Sequence record: PZ445428.1
Strand: one strand, 5' to 3'
DNA: 64,000 bases
Source of the DNA: a phage
Below are positions 46,291 through 53,732 of this stretch, piece by piece; the first letter of the stretch is position 1, and each line of letters starts with the position of its first letter. The notes under the pieces are model-generated. The model was not told the origin of the DNA. It saw only the letters and a program-made list of their open reading frames with translations, and did not search any database. The position numbers were made by a program, and so were the translations under genes.

Positions 46291-46305
46291 AATAAGAGGT
46301 TAATA

Positions 46306-46458
46306 ATGCGTCATTTAAATAGGCAAAAAACAAAAGCACCTAAAAGGTTTAAGACTTGGTGCGGTTGTGATAGAGAACTCGTTTCTCTAGGAGAGAAATG
46401 TTCTGTTTGTGGTGTACGCTTTGTTAAGTTCAAACAAAGATTTAAATTTGCGAGTTAG
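46306..46458 (+). CDS. zinc-ribbon small protein
   Basis: 50 aa, CGCDRE...CSVCG; its 3' end overlaps the 5' end of the next tRNA. Confidence 0.35.
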   Translation: MRHLNRQKTKAPKRFKTWCGCDRELVSLGEKCSVCGVRFVKFKQRFKFAS

Positions 46459-46526
46459 ATCTCTGGTAGAGATCACTAGTCTCATAAGCTAGTAAGAGGT
46501 CGGTTCGATTCCGACACTCGCATCCA
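46449..46526 (+). tRNA. tRNA with CAT anticodon (Met or Ile2)
   Basis: Acceptor TGCGAGT/ACTCGCA, D-arm GATC...GATC, anticodon arm CTAGT-CTCATAA-GCTAG, CCA. Confidence 0.75.
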
Positions 46527-46537
46527 AAAAGTATTAA

Positions 46538-46615
46538 GGGTTGCTAGCTCAACTGGTTTAGAGCACTGGTCTTTTAAACCATAGGTTACAGGTTCGAGTC
46601 CTGTGCAACCCACCA
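46538..46615 (+). tRNA. tRNA-Lys (TTT)
   Basis: Acceptor GGGTTGC/GCAACCC, loop CTTTTAA, T-arm ACAGG-TTCGAGT-CCTGT, CCA. Confidence 0.75.
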
Positions 46616-46619
46616 AATT

Positions 46620-46693
46620 GCTCGGTTAGTTTAATGGGAGAACCCCGTCTTTACACGGCGGTTGCGATAGTTCGATTCTATCACCGAGTACCA
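46620..46693 (+). tRNA. tRNA-Val (TAC)
   Basis: Anticodon arm CCGTC-TTTACAC-GGCGG, T-arm GATAG-TTCGATT-CTATC, CCA. Confidence 0.7.
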
Positions 46694-46717
46694 CTTAACT
46701 AAAATAAGGAATTGCAA

Positions 46718-47077
46718 ATGCAATTATCATCTAAAGTTCAAGGTTTCTTCACACATGCAACAGCAGAATTTGCTATTAGCAAGGGTTGGGACTTTGAGCA
46801 AGAACTTTCTGAGTTCTATAAAGATATAGATATGAATACACCATACATGGCCTTAGCTTCTGGACAAGAGTTCTCAGAAGGTGATCTTTTCAAGGCAAGT
46901 CAAGGCGAGGTAACGCCTGGTTTTGCCGCTTTTTGGAGTGGCTTCACAATTAAAGAAGAAGCTCCAGATGATGATGTATTTATGCAAAGCATGCACTCTG
47001 GGAGTTCTGATATGTTATTCGTTAAAGATGTACGACATATCCAAGAAGTGGTAAAAACGTATTTGCAAAATGCTTAA
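46718..47077 (+). CDS. hypothetical protein
   Basis: Start moved to ATG 7 nt after TAAGGA. Confidence 0.5.
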   Translation: MQLSSKVQGFFTHATAEFAISKGWDFEQELSEFYKDIDMNTPYMALASGQEFSEGDLFKASQGEVTPGFAAFWSGFTIKEEAPDDDVFMQSMHSGSSDMLFVKDVRHIQEVVKTYLQNA

Positions 47078-47331
47078 TTTCTTGTTATAATATTTATATA
47101 AATTGATGGGGAGAAATCCTCATCAAAGTTCACTAAGGTATTAGCTCGACCTAGGACTGGCTGCCACCAAGCACGATCCCTACGACTCGGGAGAAGTTCT
47201 AGATTAGTCCACTAGATTCAGCGGCAACTGAATAGTGTATCGGGTTTGTGAAGAGCGGGTATCCAAGCCTGGCTAATGGCACTGGGTATTACGCACACCG
47301 AGCTAATAGCCTTAGTAAACTTGAAGAATTT

Positions 47332-47406
47332 GGGCGAATAGTGTCAGCGGGAGCACACCAGACTTGCAATCTGGTAGGGAGGGTTCGAGTCCCTCTTTGT
47401 CCACCA
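47332..47406 (+). tRNA. tRNA-Ala (TGC)
   Basis: Acceptor GGGCGAA/TTTGTCC, anticodon arm CCAGA-CTTGCAA-TCTGG, T-arm GAGGG-TTCGAGT-CCCTC, CCA. Confidence 0.75.
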
Positions 47407-47412
47407 AATTTT

Positions 47413-47488
47413 GGGGTCATAGGTTATTTGGTTAAACTTACTGCCTTGCAAGCAGTAGAACTCAGTTCAATTCTGAGTGACTCCACCA
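47413..47488 (+). tRNA. tRNA with TGC anticodon (second Ala-type)
   Basis: Acceptor GGGGTCA/TGACTCC, anticodon arm ACTGC-CTTGCAA-GCAGT, T-arm CTCAG-TTCAATT-CTGAG, CCA. Confidence 0.6.
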
Positions 47489-47507
47489 AACAAATTAAGG
47501 AAATAAT

Positions 47508-47726
47508 ATGGTATTCTTAGCAGCCTCTGTAGTTCTTGCATCTTTAGCGTTAGCTATCTATTTTAGAACTGCTAAAGATTTATCTAAAGAAAAGAAAACT
47601 TTCTTTACTGATTACTCTTGGGGTGCTCCATACGCTATCAATTCTATCAGTCTAGAAGCTATGTTGATAATGGTATTCAGTGGTATAGGTTCTATCGTTG
47701 CTGGATTACTTTTTATTTCTAACTAA
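47508..47726 (+). CDS. hypothetical small membrane protein
   Basis: 72 aa, two hydrophobic segments; AAGGAAA upstream. Confidence 0.45.
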   Translation: MVFLAASVVLASLALAIYFRTAKDLSKEKKTFFTDYSWGAPYAINSISLEAMLIMVFSGIGSIVAGLLFISN

Positions 47727-47733
47727 ACAAAAT

Positions 47734-47814
47734 GGGGATGTGGCGAAATTGGCAGACGCGCTAGATTTAGGTTCTAGTCTTCGGGTGTGGGTTCGAGTCC
47801 CTCCATCCCTACCA
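47734..47814 (+). tRNA. tRNA-Leu (TAG)
   Basis: Acceptor GGGGATG/CATCCCT, anticodon arm CTAGA-TTTAGGT-TCTAG, extended variable arm, CCA. Confidence 0.7.
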
Positions 47815-47834
47815 TTTTAAAATAGGATTAATTA

Positions 47835-47999
47835 ATGTTAAAGATGCCAGTAAAACATATTTGGTTAGCTAGAAATAGGGCTACTAATGAATTTGTCTTT
47901 ATTGATACAGGAATGACATATGATCAACGAATATATGATCTTCTGTATTCCGTGTCTGCTGAAGAAGTACACAAATTAATTCTAAAAGATGCAACATAA
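47835..47999 (+). CDS. hypothetical small protein (54 aa, not in ORF track)
   Basis: ATG after TAGGA; the minus-strand track ORFs here overlap tRNAs and are rejected. Confidence 0.3.
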   Translation: MLKMPVKHIWLARNRATNEFVFIDTGMTYDQRIYDLLYSVSAEEVHKLILKDAT

Positions 48000-48001
48000 T
48001 T

Positions 48002-48094
48002 GGAAGAGCAAATCGACTTGGTGACGAAAACCGCTTGGAAAGTGGCTGACTTGTGAAAGCAGGCTTGAGAGTTCGAATCTCTCTTCTTCCGCCA
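48002..48094 (+). tRNA. class II tRNA, probably Ser (GGA)
   Basis: Acceptor GGAAGAG/TTCTTCC, candidate loop TTGGAAA, long variable arm, T-arm GAGAG-TTCGAAT-CTCTC, CCA; anticodon arm is imperfect. Confidence 0.5.
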
Positions 48095-48101
48095 AACAAT
48101 T

Positions 48102-48191
48102 GGAAGTACGGGCGTAGTGGTATGCAACTAGTCTTGAAAACTAGCCCGCTGTAGCGATATGGTGATGGTTCGACTCCATGTGCTTCCGCCA
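48102..48191 (+). tRNA. tRNA-Ser (TGA)
   Basis: Acceptor GGAAGTA/TGCTTCC, anticodon arm CTAGT-CTTGAAA-ACTAG, long variable arm, CCA. Confidence 0.7.
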
Positions 48192-48196
48192 AATCT

Positions 48197-48327
48197 TGGA
48201 ATATGCCGGAATTGGTAGACGGGACTGCCGAATAGGTTTACTAGGAACATCCACTCCTAGAAATATACCTTAAAAGCGGTTGAGTTAAATGGTCTAACTC
48301 GTGAAGGTTCAAGTCCTTCTATTCCTT
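48197..48327 (+). ncRNA. tRNA-like element, about 131 nt, non-canonical
   Basis: Perfect T-arm GAAGG-TTCAAGT-CCTTC and acceptor-like TGGAATA/TATTCCT, but no CCA and no canonical anticodon arm. Confidence 0.35.
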
Positions 48328-48434
48328 GATACATCAATGGCTCAAAGAGTAACGGTGCACCTTTCTAGAGAATTTCCTGGGCGAGAATCCAGGTGTAATC
48401 AACTAGTCGTTAGTGTGATGAGTTTCGGAGAGCC

Positions 48435-48581
48435 GCCACAATTGAAGATCATTGTCTGTTTGAGTCTACCATTTAGGGTCGTTACTTGTAGCGCCTATCT
48501 GCTAGGTCTAATCACTAGGTAAAGGCATGCAAGCTTCTAGTGTAGAGAGTTCGCTACTCCTCGATGGTTTTCAATTGTGGC
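48435..48581 (+). ncRNA. candidate structured RNA closed by a 12-bp long-range stem
   Basis: GCCACAATTGAA (48435-48446) pairs perfectly with TTCAATTGTGGC (48570-48581); the 3' arm overlaps the tRNA-His 5' end. Confidence 0.3.
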
Positions 48582-48653
48582 TATATCATAATTGGTTAAT
48601 GATCCTGATTGTGAATCAGGCCTATGTGGATTCGAGTTCCACTAGCCACCCCA
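48577..48653 (+). tRNA. tRNA-His (GTG)
   Basis: Acceptor GTGGCTA/TAGCCAC, D-arm TCAT...ATGA, anticodon arm CCTGA-TTGTGAA-TCAGG, CCA. Confidence 0.8.
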
Positions 48654-48659
48654 AATATT

Positions 48660-48734
48660 GCGTCCTTATTTCAACGGAAAGAATGTAAAGCTACGAACTT
48701 TACGATCGGGGTTCGATTCCCTGAGGATGCACCA
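48660..48734 (+). tRNA. tRNA-Arg (ACG)
   Basis: Acceptor GCGTCCT/AGGATGC, anticodon arm TAAAG-CTACGAA-CTTTA, T-arm CGGGG-TTCGATT-CCCTG, CCA. Confidence 0.8.
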
Positions 48735-48758
48735 ATTAACTTAAACAGGAAAATAATA

Positions 48759-48959
48759 ATGGCTGATTTCTGTAAAGAATGCTCTATCGATATGTGGGGC
48801 AAAGATACACAAGATCTTTCTGGTCTTATCACTGAAGCTGAAGTTAAAGAAGGCTATGGTGCTGTAGTAATCTGCGAAGGTTGTGGTATTATCCGTGTTG
48901 ATCATGAAGGCAAACGCCTTGAAGAACCTGAGCCAATCGCAACGGTTCCTGTAGAGTAA
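48759..48959 (+). CDS. zinc-ribbon small protein
   Basis: MADFCKECSID...CEGCG; start moved to ATG after AGGAAA. Confidence 0.45.
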   Translation: MADFCKECSIDMWGKDTQDLSGLITEAEVKEGYGAVVICEGCGIIRVDHEGKRLEEPEPIATVPVE

Positions 48960-48967
48960 CAAATTAT

Positions 48968-49043
48968 TGGGATGTAGATCAATTGGCAGATCGTCGGCCT
49001 CTGACTCCGAAGGTTCCTGGTTCGATCCCAGGCATCCCAGCCA
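48968..49043 (+). tRNA. tRNA-Gln (CTG)
   Basis: Acceptor TGGGATG/CATCCCA, D-arm GATC...GATC, loop CTCTGAC, T-arm CCTGG-TTCGATC-CCAGG, CCA. Confidence 0.7.
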
Positions 49044-49050
49044 AACAATT

Positions 49051-49125
49051 GGAGAATAGTGTAGTGGTTCGCACAACGGCCTTTGACTCCGTTAGTGGTA
49101 GGTTCAATTCCTCCTTCTCCTGCCA
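49051..49125 (+). tRNA. tRNA-Gln (TTG)
   Basis: Acceptor GGAGAAT/TTCTCCT, loop CTTTGAC, T-loop TTCAATT, CCA. Confidence 0.65.
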
Positions 49126-49131
49126 ATTTAT

Positions 49132-49206
49132 GCGTGATTAGTTCAGTGGCTAGAATAACTGGCTTCCAACCAGTAGACACGAGTTCGACTCTCGTATCCC
49201 GCACCA
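49132..49206 (+). tRNA. tRNA-Gly (TCC)
   Basis: Anticodon arm ACTGG-CTTCCAA-CCAGT, T-arm ACGAG-TTCGACT-CTCGT, CCA. Confidence 0.75.
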
Positions 49207-49220
49207 AATAAGGAAACGTT

Positions 49221-49442
49221 ATGCACGTTTTTGAGTTTCGTAATAAAAGCCCCAATAGACGCGTTTTGATTATTGGTGAAACATATCGAGCTTACGAGCA
49301 AGAAGATGGTTCAGTTTTACTAAACGATGAAAAGCAAGGTTATAGCTTTCATCCAGAAGAAACGTATGAAGAGTTTCGTACTAAGTTTCTTTTACCAGAC
49401 TGGCTAGCAGTAGCCGAGCAACGAGAATCCGAAGATGGCTGA
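49221..49442 (+). CDS. hypothetical protein
   Basis: 73-aa ORF after AAGGAAA. Confidence 0.45.
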   Translation: MHVFEFRNKSPNRRVLIIGETYRAYEQEDGSVLLNDEKQGYSFHPEETYEEFRTKFLLPDWLAVAEQRESEDG

Positions 49443-49599
49443 TAACCTGAAACTAAAGGTTGACAAACAGAAGAAACGTGTAGAGATTGAGCTTGGTGAC
49501 GAACGCCTAGCACTATCCTTCGAGTTTCTTCAGCAGTTGGCGATGACAGTAATGTCTGATAAGTCTCCTGTATTTGAAAAAGAAATCCCGTTGAAATGA
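49435..49599 (+). CDS. hypothetical small protein (54 aa, not in ORF track)
   Basis: ATG overlapping the upstream stop; MADNLKLKVDKQKK... Confidence 0.35.
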   Translation: MADNLKLKVDKQKKRVEIELGDERLALSFEFLQQLAMTVMSDKSPVFEKEIPLK

Positions 49600-49609
49600 C
49601 GGGTTTATT

Positions 49610-49684
49610 GCTCCTAAAGCATTGCTGGCGATGCAGTTGCCTTGTAAGCATCTGAACCGGGTTCGATTCCTGGTGGGAGCACCA
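49610..49684 (+). tRNA. tRNA-Thr (TGT)
   Basis: Acceptor GCTCCTA/TGGGAGC, D-arm GCAT...ATGC, loop CTTGTAA, T-arm CCGGG-TTCGATT-CCTGG, CCA. Confidence 0.75.
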
Positions 49685-49758
49685 AATTTAAAAATTCATT
49701 TGCCTTCTCTCTTATTTCTTGTTATAATATTTATATAAATTAATGAGAGGGAAACCAA

Positions 49759-50052
49759 ATGAAACGTTATCTTTCTGTCGTGTTCCAAACTGGTGGTCAG
49801 CGTTATACCTACGAATTTCCAGAGTCTTGGAAAATCAAAGAAGGTGATCAGGTTGTTGTACTGACACCGCGTGAAGGCTTCAAAGTGGTTACGGTTAAAC
49901 AAGTATTTCCTAAAGATCACGAACCATCTAAATCTATTAATTATAAGATGATTCATGGTCTGGTACGAAAAGTACCACGGACGGAAGTTGAAGTAGATAA
50001 AGATGGTGAAGCTAAATACCAGTATACTTCTTACCTAGACGAGATGCGATAA
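49759..50052 (+). CDS. hypothetical protein
   Basis: 97-aa ORF after promoter and GAGAGGGAAACC. Confidence 0.5.
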   Translation: MKRYLSVVFQTGGQRYTYEFPESWKIKEGDQVVVLTPREGFKVVTVKQVFPKDHEPSKSINYKMIHGLVRKVPRTEVEVDKDGEAKYQYTSYLDEMR

Positions 50053-50276
50053 TGAGAATTACCTTTACTGAGAAGATAATATGTAATGGGATTATGATCA
50101 TTACAGCGTGGGAAGGTAAACAATGGTGCAGTATAACGGGTCTTAAAGCAGAAGATCAAACACCAGAAAACATTCTCAAAATAAAACAAAACATGGCAAA
50201 ACATGCTAAACGTCCTGGTGCTCCTAGGAATGGCATACGTTTTGCAGCAAAATGCTCCGATAGTTCAAACGGTTAG
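50052..50276 (+). CDS. hypothetical protein; 3' end overlaps tRNA-Ile
   Basis: 74-aa ORF; last 7 codons overlap the tRNA 5' half. Confidence 0.4.
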   Translation: MRITFTEKIICNGIMIITAWEGKQWCSITGLKAEDQTPENILKIKQNMAKHAKRPGAPRNGIRFAAKCSDSSNG

Positions 50277-50329
50277 AACAGGCGACCGATAATCGTCAAA
50301 TCTTGGTTCGATCCCAAGTTGGAGTACCA
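50254..50329 (+). tRNA. tRNA-Ile (GAT)
   Basis: Acceptor GCTCCGA/TTGGAGT, D-arm GTTC...GAAC, anticodon arm GGCGA-CCGATAA-TCGTC, T-arm CTTGG-TTCGATC-CCAAG, CCA. Confidence 0.75.
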
Positions 50330-50373
50330 AAACAACGGAGAGTCACTACCGTAAGTGTGAAGTTGAAAAATAT

Positions 50374-50449
50374 AGTTAGTTGGCAGATCGGTTATGCACC
50401 TCCTTCATACGGAGCGATCAGAGTGGTTCGATTCCACTACTAACTACCA
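50374..50449 (+). tRNA. tRNA with CAT anticodon (third CAT tRNA)
   Basis: Acceptor AGTTAGT/ACTAACT, loop TTCATAC, T-arm AGTGG-TTCGATT-CCACT, CCA. Confidence 0.7.
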
Positions 50450-50818
50450 AACAGAAGATCAGGCCATAGTGCCAGATCCTGCTGAGAAGAGAGTCCACAT
50501 TCTATAAATGGACGGGCGTGACAGCAGGAAGTAGACTGCAACTCGATGCTATCTAAGAGTATAAATGTAGAAGCTAAGACTTTAGATAGTCATTGTCTTA
50601 GCGTGAGTAATCACGTAGTTGCAACAGACCAGGAAGATCGCAACGTTAAAATCAAAGCTCCTGTGCTTTTCTTCTTAATCGAGACCATCAATCTCACCGG
50701 AATGCTAGCACCCCAACAGTAGCTAGTGATTAAGAGAAAAGCAAACCTGCCTTCCAGTTTTTATCTTGCTTCTGGGTTATCAAAAAGCTGAGCCAATTTC
50801 TAACATCAGGGAGATCTA

Positions 50819-51187
50819 ATGAAAGCATATCAAAGTCTTAAATCCGGCGTAATTAACCTTGTTCATGACAATCAGATCATTCAGCTATACTCTAAAGACG
50901 GCGAACTTAAACAGAAAGTTCTAGTTGAAGATCTAGAAGGTATCACACCTCACTTTGATCCTGAAGCCTTCCGCATCGTGGATGTTAAAGTAGTTCCTCA
51001 AGTCGAGGGTGGTCAACACCTAAATGTCAACGTATTAAGTCGTGATCAGCTTTTGGATGCTCAGAAACATCCTGAAAAATATCCTCAGTTGACCATTCGT
51101 GTCTCTGGTTATGCTGTTCGATTTAATGCACTGACGCGTGAACAACAGAACGACGTTATTAGTCGTACATTTACTCAGGCGATCTAA
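50819..51187 (+). CDS. grcA: autonomous glycyl-radical cofactor (GrcA/YfiD-like)
   Basis: [12 protein letters not shown]...[37 protein letters not shown] is near-identical in pattern to E. coli GrcA, including the RVSGY glycyl-radical motif. Confidence 0.8.
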   Translation: MKAYQSLKSGVINLVHDNQIIQLYSKDGELKQKVLVEDLEGITPHFDPEAFRIVDVKVVPQVEGGQHLNVNVLSRDQLLDAQKHPEKYPQLTIRVSGYAVRFNALTREQQNDVISRTFTQAI

Positions 51188-51268
51188 TGGGGTTTGGATA
51201 CGATTTCTCCCAGCTACGCAAGGTAGTCGAGCAAACTCCATTTATCTCCGAAGTTTTAGGAGAACTTA

Positions 51269-51568
51269 GTGGACAGAGCATTAAGACGTCACCACCGTCA
51301 ACGTGTCAAGAACAATCGCAAGAAGTATTGGACAGTCTTCCCTCATGAAGAAAGTCCTAAACGGTTAGGTATTATTACTACCACTCCTTGTATTTGCTCT
51401 TGCTGGATGTGTGGCAACCCACGCAAATACTATAAAAATAGTAAAGCAGCAATGAAAATCTCGGAGATTAAAAAGATGGATTCAGGATATAATGAAATCA
51501 CGTTTACAGGTGGTATCTCTGATGAGTTCGATGGTTTTGTATCACAAGACGTTATCGAAATTATCTAA
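51269..51568 (+). CDS. minimal radical-SAM activase, NrdG-like
   Basis: GTG start; FPHEESPKRLGIITTTPCICSCWMCGNP carries a CxxxCxxC cluster and aligns with the NrdG N-terminus; TFTGGISDEF resembles the SGGDP region. Confidence 0.5.
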   Translation: MDRALRRHHRQRVKNNRKKYWTVFPHEESPKRLGIITTTPCICSCWMCGNPRKYYKNSKAAMKISEIKKMDSGYNEITFTGGISDEFDGFVSQDVIEII

Positions 51569-51634
51569 TTAAATAACAAACCCCGGCTATTGAATAAGTA
51601 GTTGGGGTTTTCTTATATACACAGGATTTTCAAA

Positions 51635-51820
51635 ATGAAAATTTTTAAAGTGAACTACCGTGGACTATGGTTAGGTGGTACAGCTATTGTTGTTGCGGAA
51701 ACTGCGGAAAAAGCAATCGAACTGGCTAGAAACCATAGATCTTCTATAGAGTTTGAAGGTGTGACAGTAGAAGAACTCCCTAGCAGTGGGGTAGTATACA
51801 ACGATAACGGGAATTACTGA
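51635..51820 (+). CDS. hypothetical protein
   Basis: 61 aa from an internal Met. Confidence 0.4.
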   Translation: MKIFKVNYRGLWLGGTAIVVAETAEKAIELARNHRSSIEFEGVTVEELPSSGVVYNDNGNY

Positions 51821-51877
51821 TGTTATATTTTAAAGTTCGACCACATTAAGTTAATTCACAGACTTAATGGAGAAAAT

Positions 51878-52273
51878 ATGAGCCGTACTTATCGCAAACA
51901 ATCTGGAAATCATTACTGGCGTGACAAACATCGTTGCACTTATAACTTCCACAGCACTAATGTGCGTATTCCCTATGTTTACACAGATCGTGAAGGTAAA
52001 CAGTGGAAATACTACAAAGTTCGCTCTAATGAAGCATGGGCTATGTCTTGGGATGAAGTTGATGCAGAAATTCAGGAAGGCATCCTGAATAACGAAAAGA
52101 AAGATGGTCACTGGTGGGATTCTATCAACCAGAGTGTTAAATGGCACTCTAACAAAATGGTTCGACAGGGAAATCGCCGTGAGTTACATCGTGTAATGAA
52201 AGATCCAGAAAATTACGACTACAATCGAGATCACGACCTTCGTAAGAAAGGCATCTGGTGGATCTACGACTAA
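51878..52273 (+). CDS. hypothetical protein
   Basis: 131-aa ORF, Trp/His-rich. Confidence 0.5.
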   Translation: MSRTYRKQSGNHYWRDKHRCTYNFHSTNVRIPYVYTDREGKQWKYYKVRSNEAWAMSWDEVDAEIQEGILNNEKKDGHWWDSINQSVKWHSNKMVRQGNRRELHRVMKDPENYDYNRDHDLRKKGIWWIYD

Positions 52274-52349
52274 TTTCGTAAATAATTCATTTGCTAAAAC
52301 CCTCTCCTTTTGATATAATATTTATATAAATTGATGAGAGGGCTTTGAA

Positions 52350-52622
52350 ATGAAAGAAGCAGAAATTAATGAAATGGCTAGGGTTTTCGTAGTTTCCTAT
52401 ATGCAAGGTAGCTGCAATAGTCTTTTCGATTCAGCAGTAGTATTTCAGGAAGAATTAGCTGAGAAAGGTATACATATGGAAGATACTGAAATTGAGGATC
52501 TTCTGATGGAAGCTGCAAGTAGTGCAGAAGTATTCTTGTGTGATAATTGTGGTTGGTGGTGTCCTGAGCATGACCGTTCTGAAGAAGGCTCTTACTGTTC
52601 TGACTGTGAGGGAGAAGAATAA
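52350..52622 (+). CDS. acidic protein with C-terminal zinc ribbon
   Basis: CDNCGWWCPEH...CSDCEG; 90 aa. Confidence 0.5.
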   Translation: MKEAEINEMARVFVVSYMQGSCNSLFDSAVVFQEELAEKGIHMEDTEIEDLLMEAASSAEVFLCDNCGWWCPEHDRSEEGSYCSDCEGEE

Positions 52623-52918
52623 TGAATAAGTTTACTATTGCACTGATGATTTCCGCAGTTAGTTTCAGTTCTCTGGCATCCACCAAAGTTTCTATGAAAA
52701 ATGGTAATGTTAAAGTTCAGCAGAACGGCATTACCACTGAGTATGGTAAAGTCAGATTAGTAAAGGAGCGTAATGGTAATATAGAAATTATGACCAATAA
52801 AAACTTCTCTACTCCAGCTATTACCATTCAGCGTAACGGTAATATTACTACCCAACGTTCCAACAATTCTGACTCGTTTACTTGTCGTTATGATTGTGGT
52901 GTGGAAGTAGAAGAATGA
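52622..52918 (+). CDS. secreted small protein
   Basis: Signal peptide MNKFTIALMISAVSFSSLA; NGN repeats. Confidence 0.5.
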   Translation: MNKFTIALMISAVSFSSLASTKVSMKNGNVKVQQNGITTEYGKVRLVKERNGNIEIMTNKNFSTPAITIQRNGNITTQRSNNSDSFTCRYDCGVEVEE

Positions 52919-53442
52919 TTACTCAAGAAAGGTTAAAAGAACTGCTAGAGTATAATCCTGAGACAGGACAATTTACTAATAAAATCCTAAGAGGTAGACT
53001 AAAGGTAGGTGCATTTGCAGGCACGTTAAGGTCTGATGGGTATATCCAAATAAGGCTTGATAAAAAAGCATATTATGCACAACAACTAGCTTTCCTATAT
53101 ATGACAGGTATACTTCCAGAGGAAGTTGATCACATTAATAGGATTAGGTCGGATAACAGATGGGTTAATCTTAGAGAATCTAACAGACAAGAAAATAGTA
53201 GAAATCGTAAATCCACTAGTAACTCTGGATACTTAGGTGTGTCTTGGAATACAAAGGCACAGAAATGGCAAGTAATGGTGCGAAATTCCACGGGAAATAA
53301 TATATTTGGTGGTTATTTTAACTATGAAGATTTAGATTATGCCGTTGCTAAAGCTAATGGATTACGACTAGAATTGCATGGAACTCTAGCAGTTATCGAA
53401 GAGTTTAGCGGTTTTCCACAAGAAAGAGAGAGAAGAACGTGA
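52915..53442 (+). CDS. HNH homing endonuclease with AP2-like DNA-binding domain
   Basis: EVDHINRIRSDNRWVNLRESNRQEN (HNH) and YLGVSWNTKAQKWQVMV (AP2-like); start moved to ATG overlapping the upstream stop. Confidence 0.7.
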   Translation: MITQERLKELLEYNPETGQFTNKILRGRLKVGAFAGTLRSDGYIQIRLDKKAYYAQQLAFLYMTGILPEEVDHINRIRSDNRWVNLRESNRQENSRNRKSTSNSGYLGVSWNTKAQKWQVMVRNSTGNNIFGGYFNYEDLDYAVAKANGLRLELHGTLAVIEEFSGFPQERERRT

Positions 53443-53732
53443 AAGAAATAAACTTAAACAGTTACGCGAGGATTCTAGCGACGGAACCAGTTCTGGAGTT
53501 CCTTCGTAAAGAACATACTGAATTCTGGCAAGAGTACAGCTTTGAGCATGGTTCAGAAGCAGCCGCAGCCTTTGCTAGAAAAAGAATTGACGAGTATGTT
53601 GACCCAGTAATTACTGATGGATTTATCAAGATGCCCCTTTGGGATCTGATGCAAAAATTCGGTGACACAATGGTAATGGGACGAGTTCCTTACTTCACTG
53701 AAATCTACTTTGACGAAAAGGATATTAAATGA
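53439..53732 (+). CDS. hypothetical protein
   Basis: 97-aa ORF. Confidence 0.5.
   Translation: MKEINLNSYARILATEPVLEFLRKEHTEFWQEYSFEHGSEAAAAFARKRIDEYVDPVITDGFIKMPLWDLMQKFGDTMVMGRVPYFTEIYFDEKDIK

Noticed and set aside
47248-47520. Plus-strand 90-aa ORF
   Set aside because: Spans two tRNA genes (47332-47406 and 47413-47488).
47899-49651. ORFs 47899-48192(-), 47924-48127(-), 48301-48522(+), 48741-49076(-), 48902-49255(-), 49349-49651(-)
   Set aside because: All overlap tRNA genes or structured RNA; translations are rich in Arg, Ser and Cys from GC-rich tRNA sequence.
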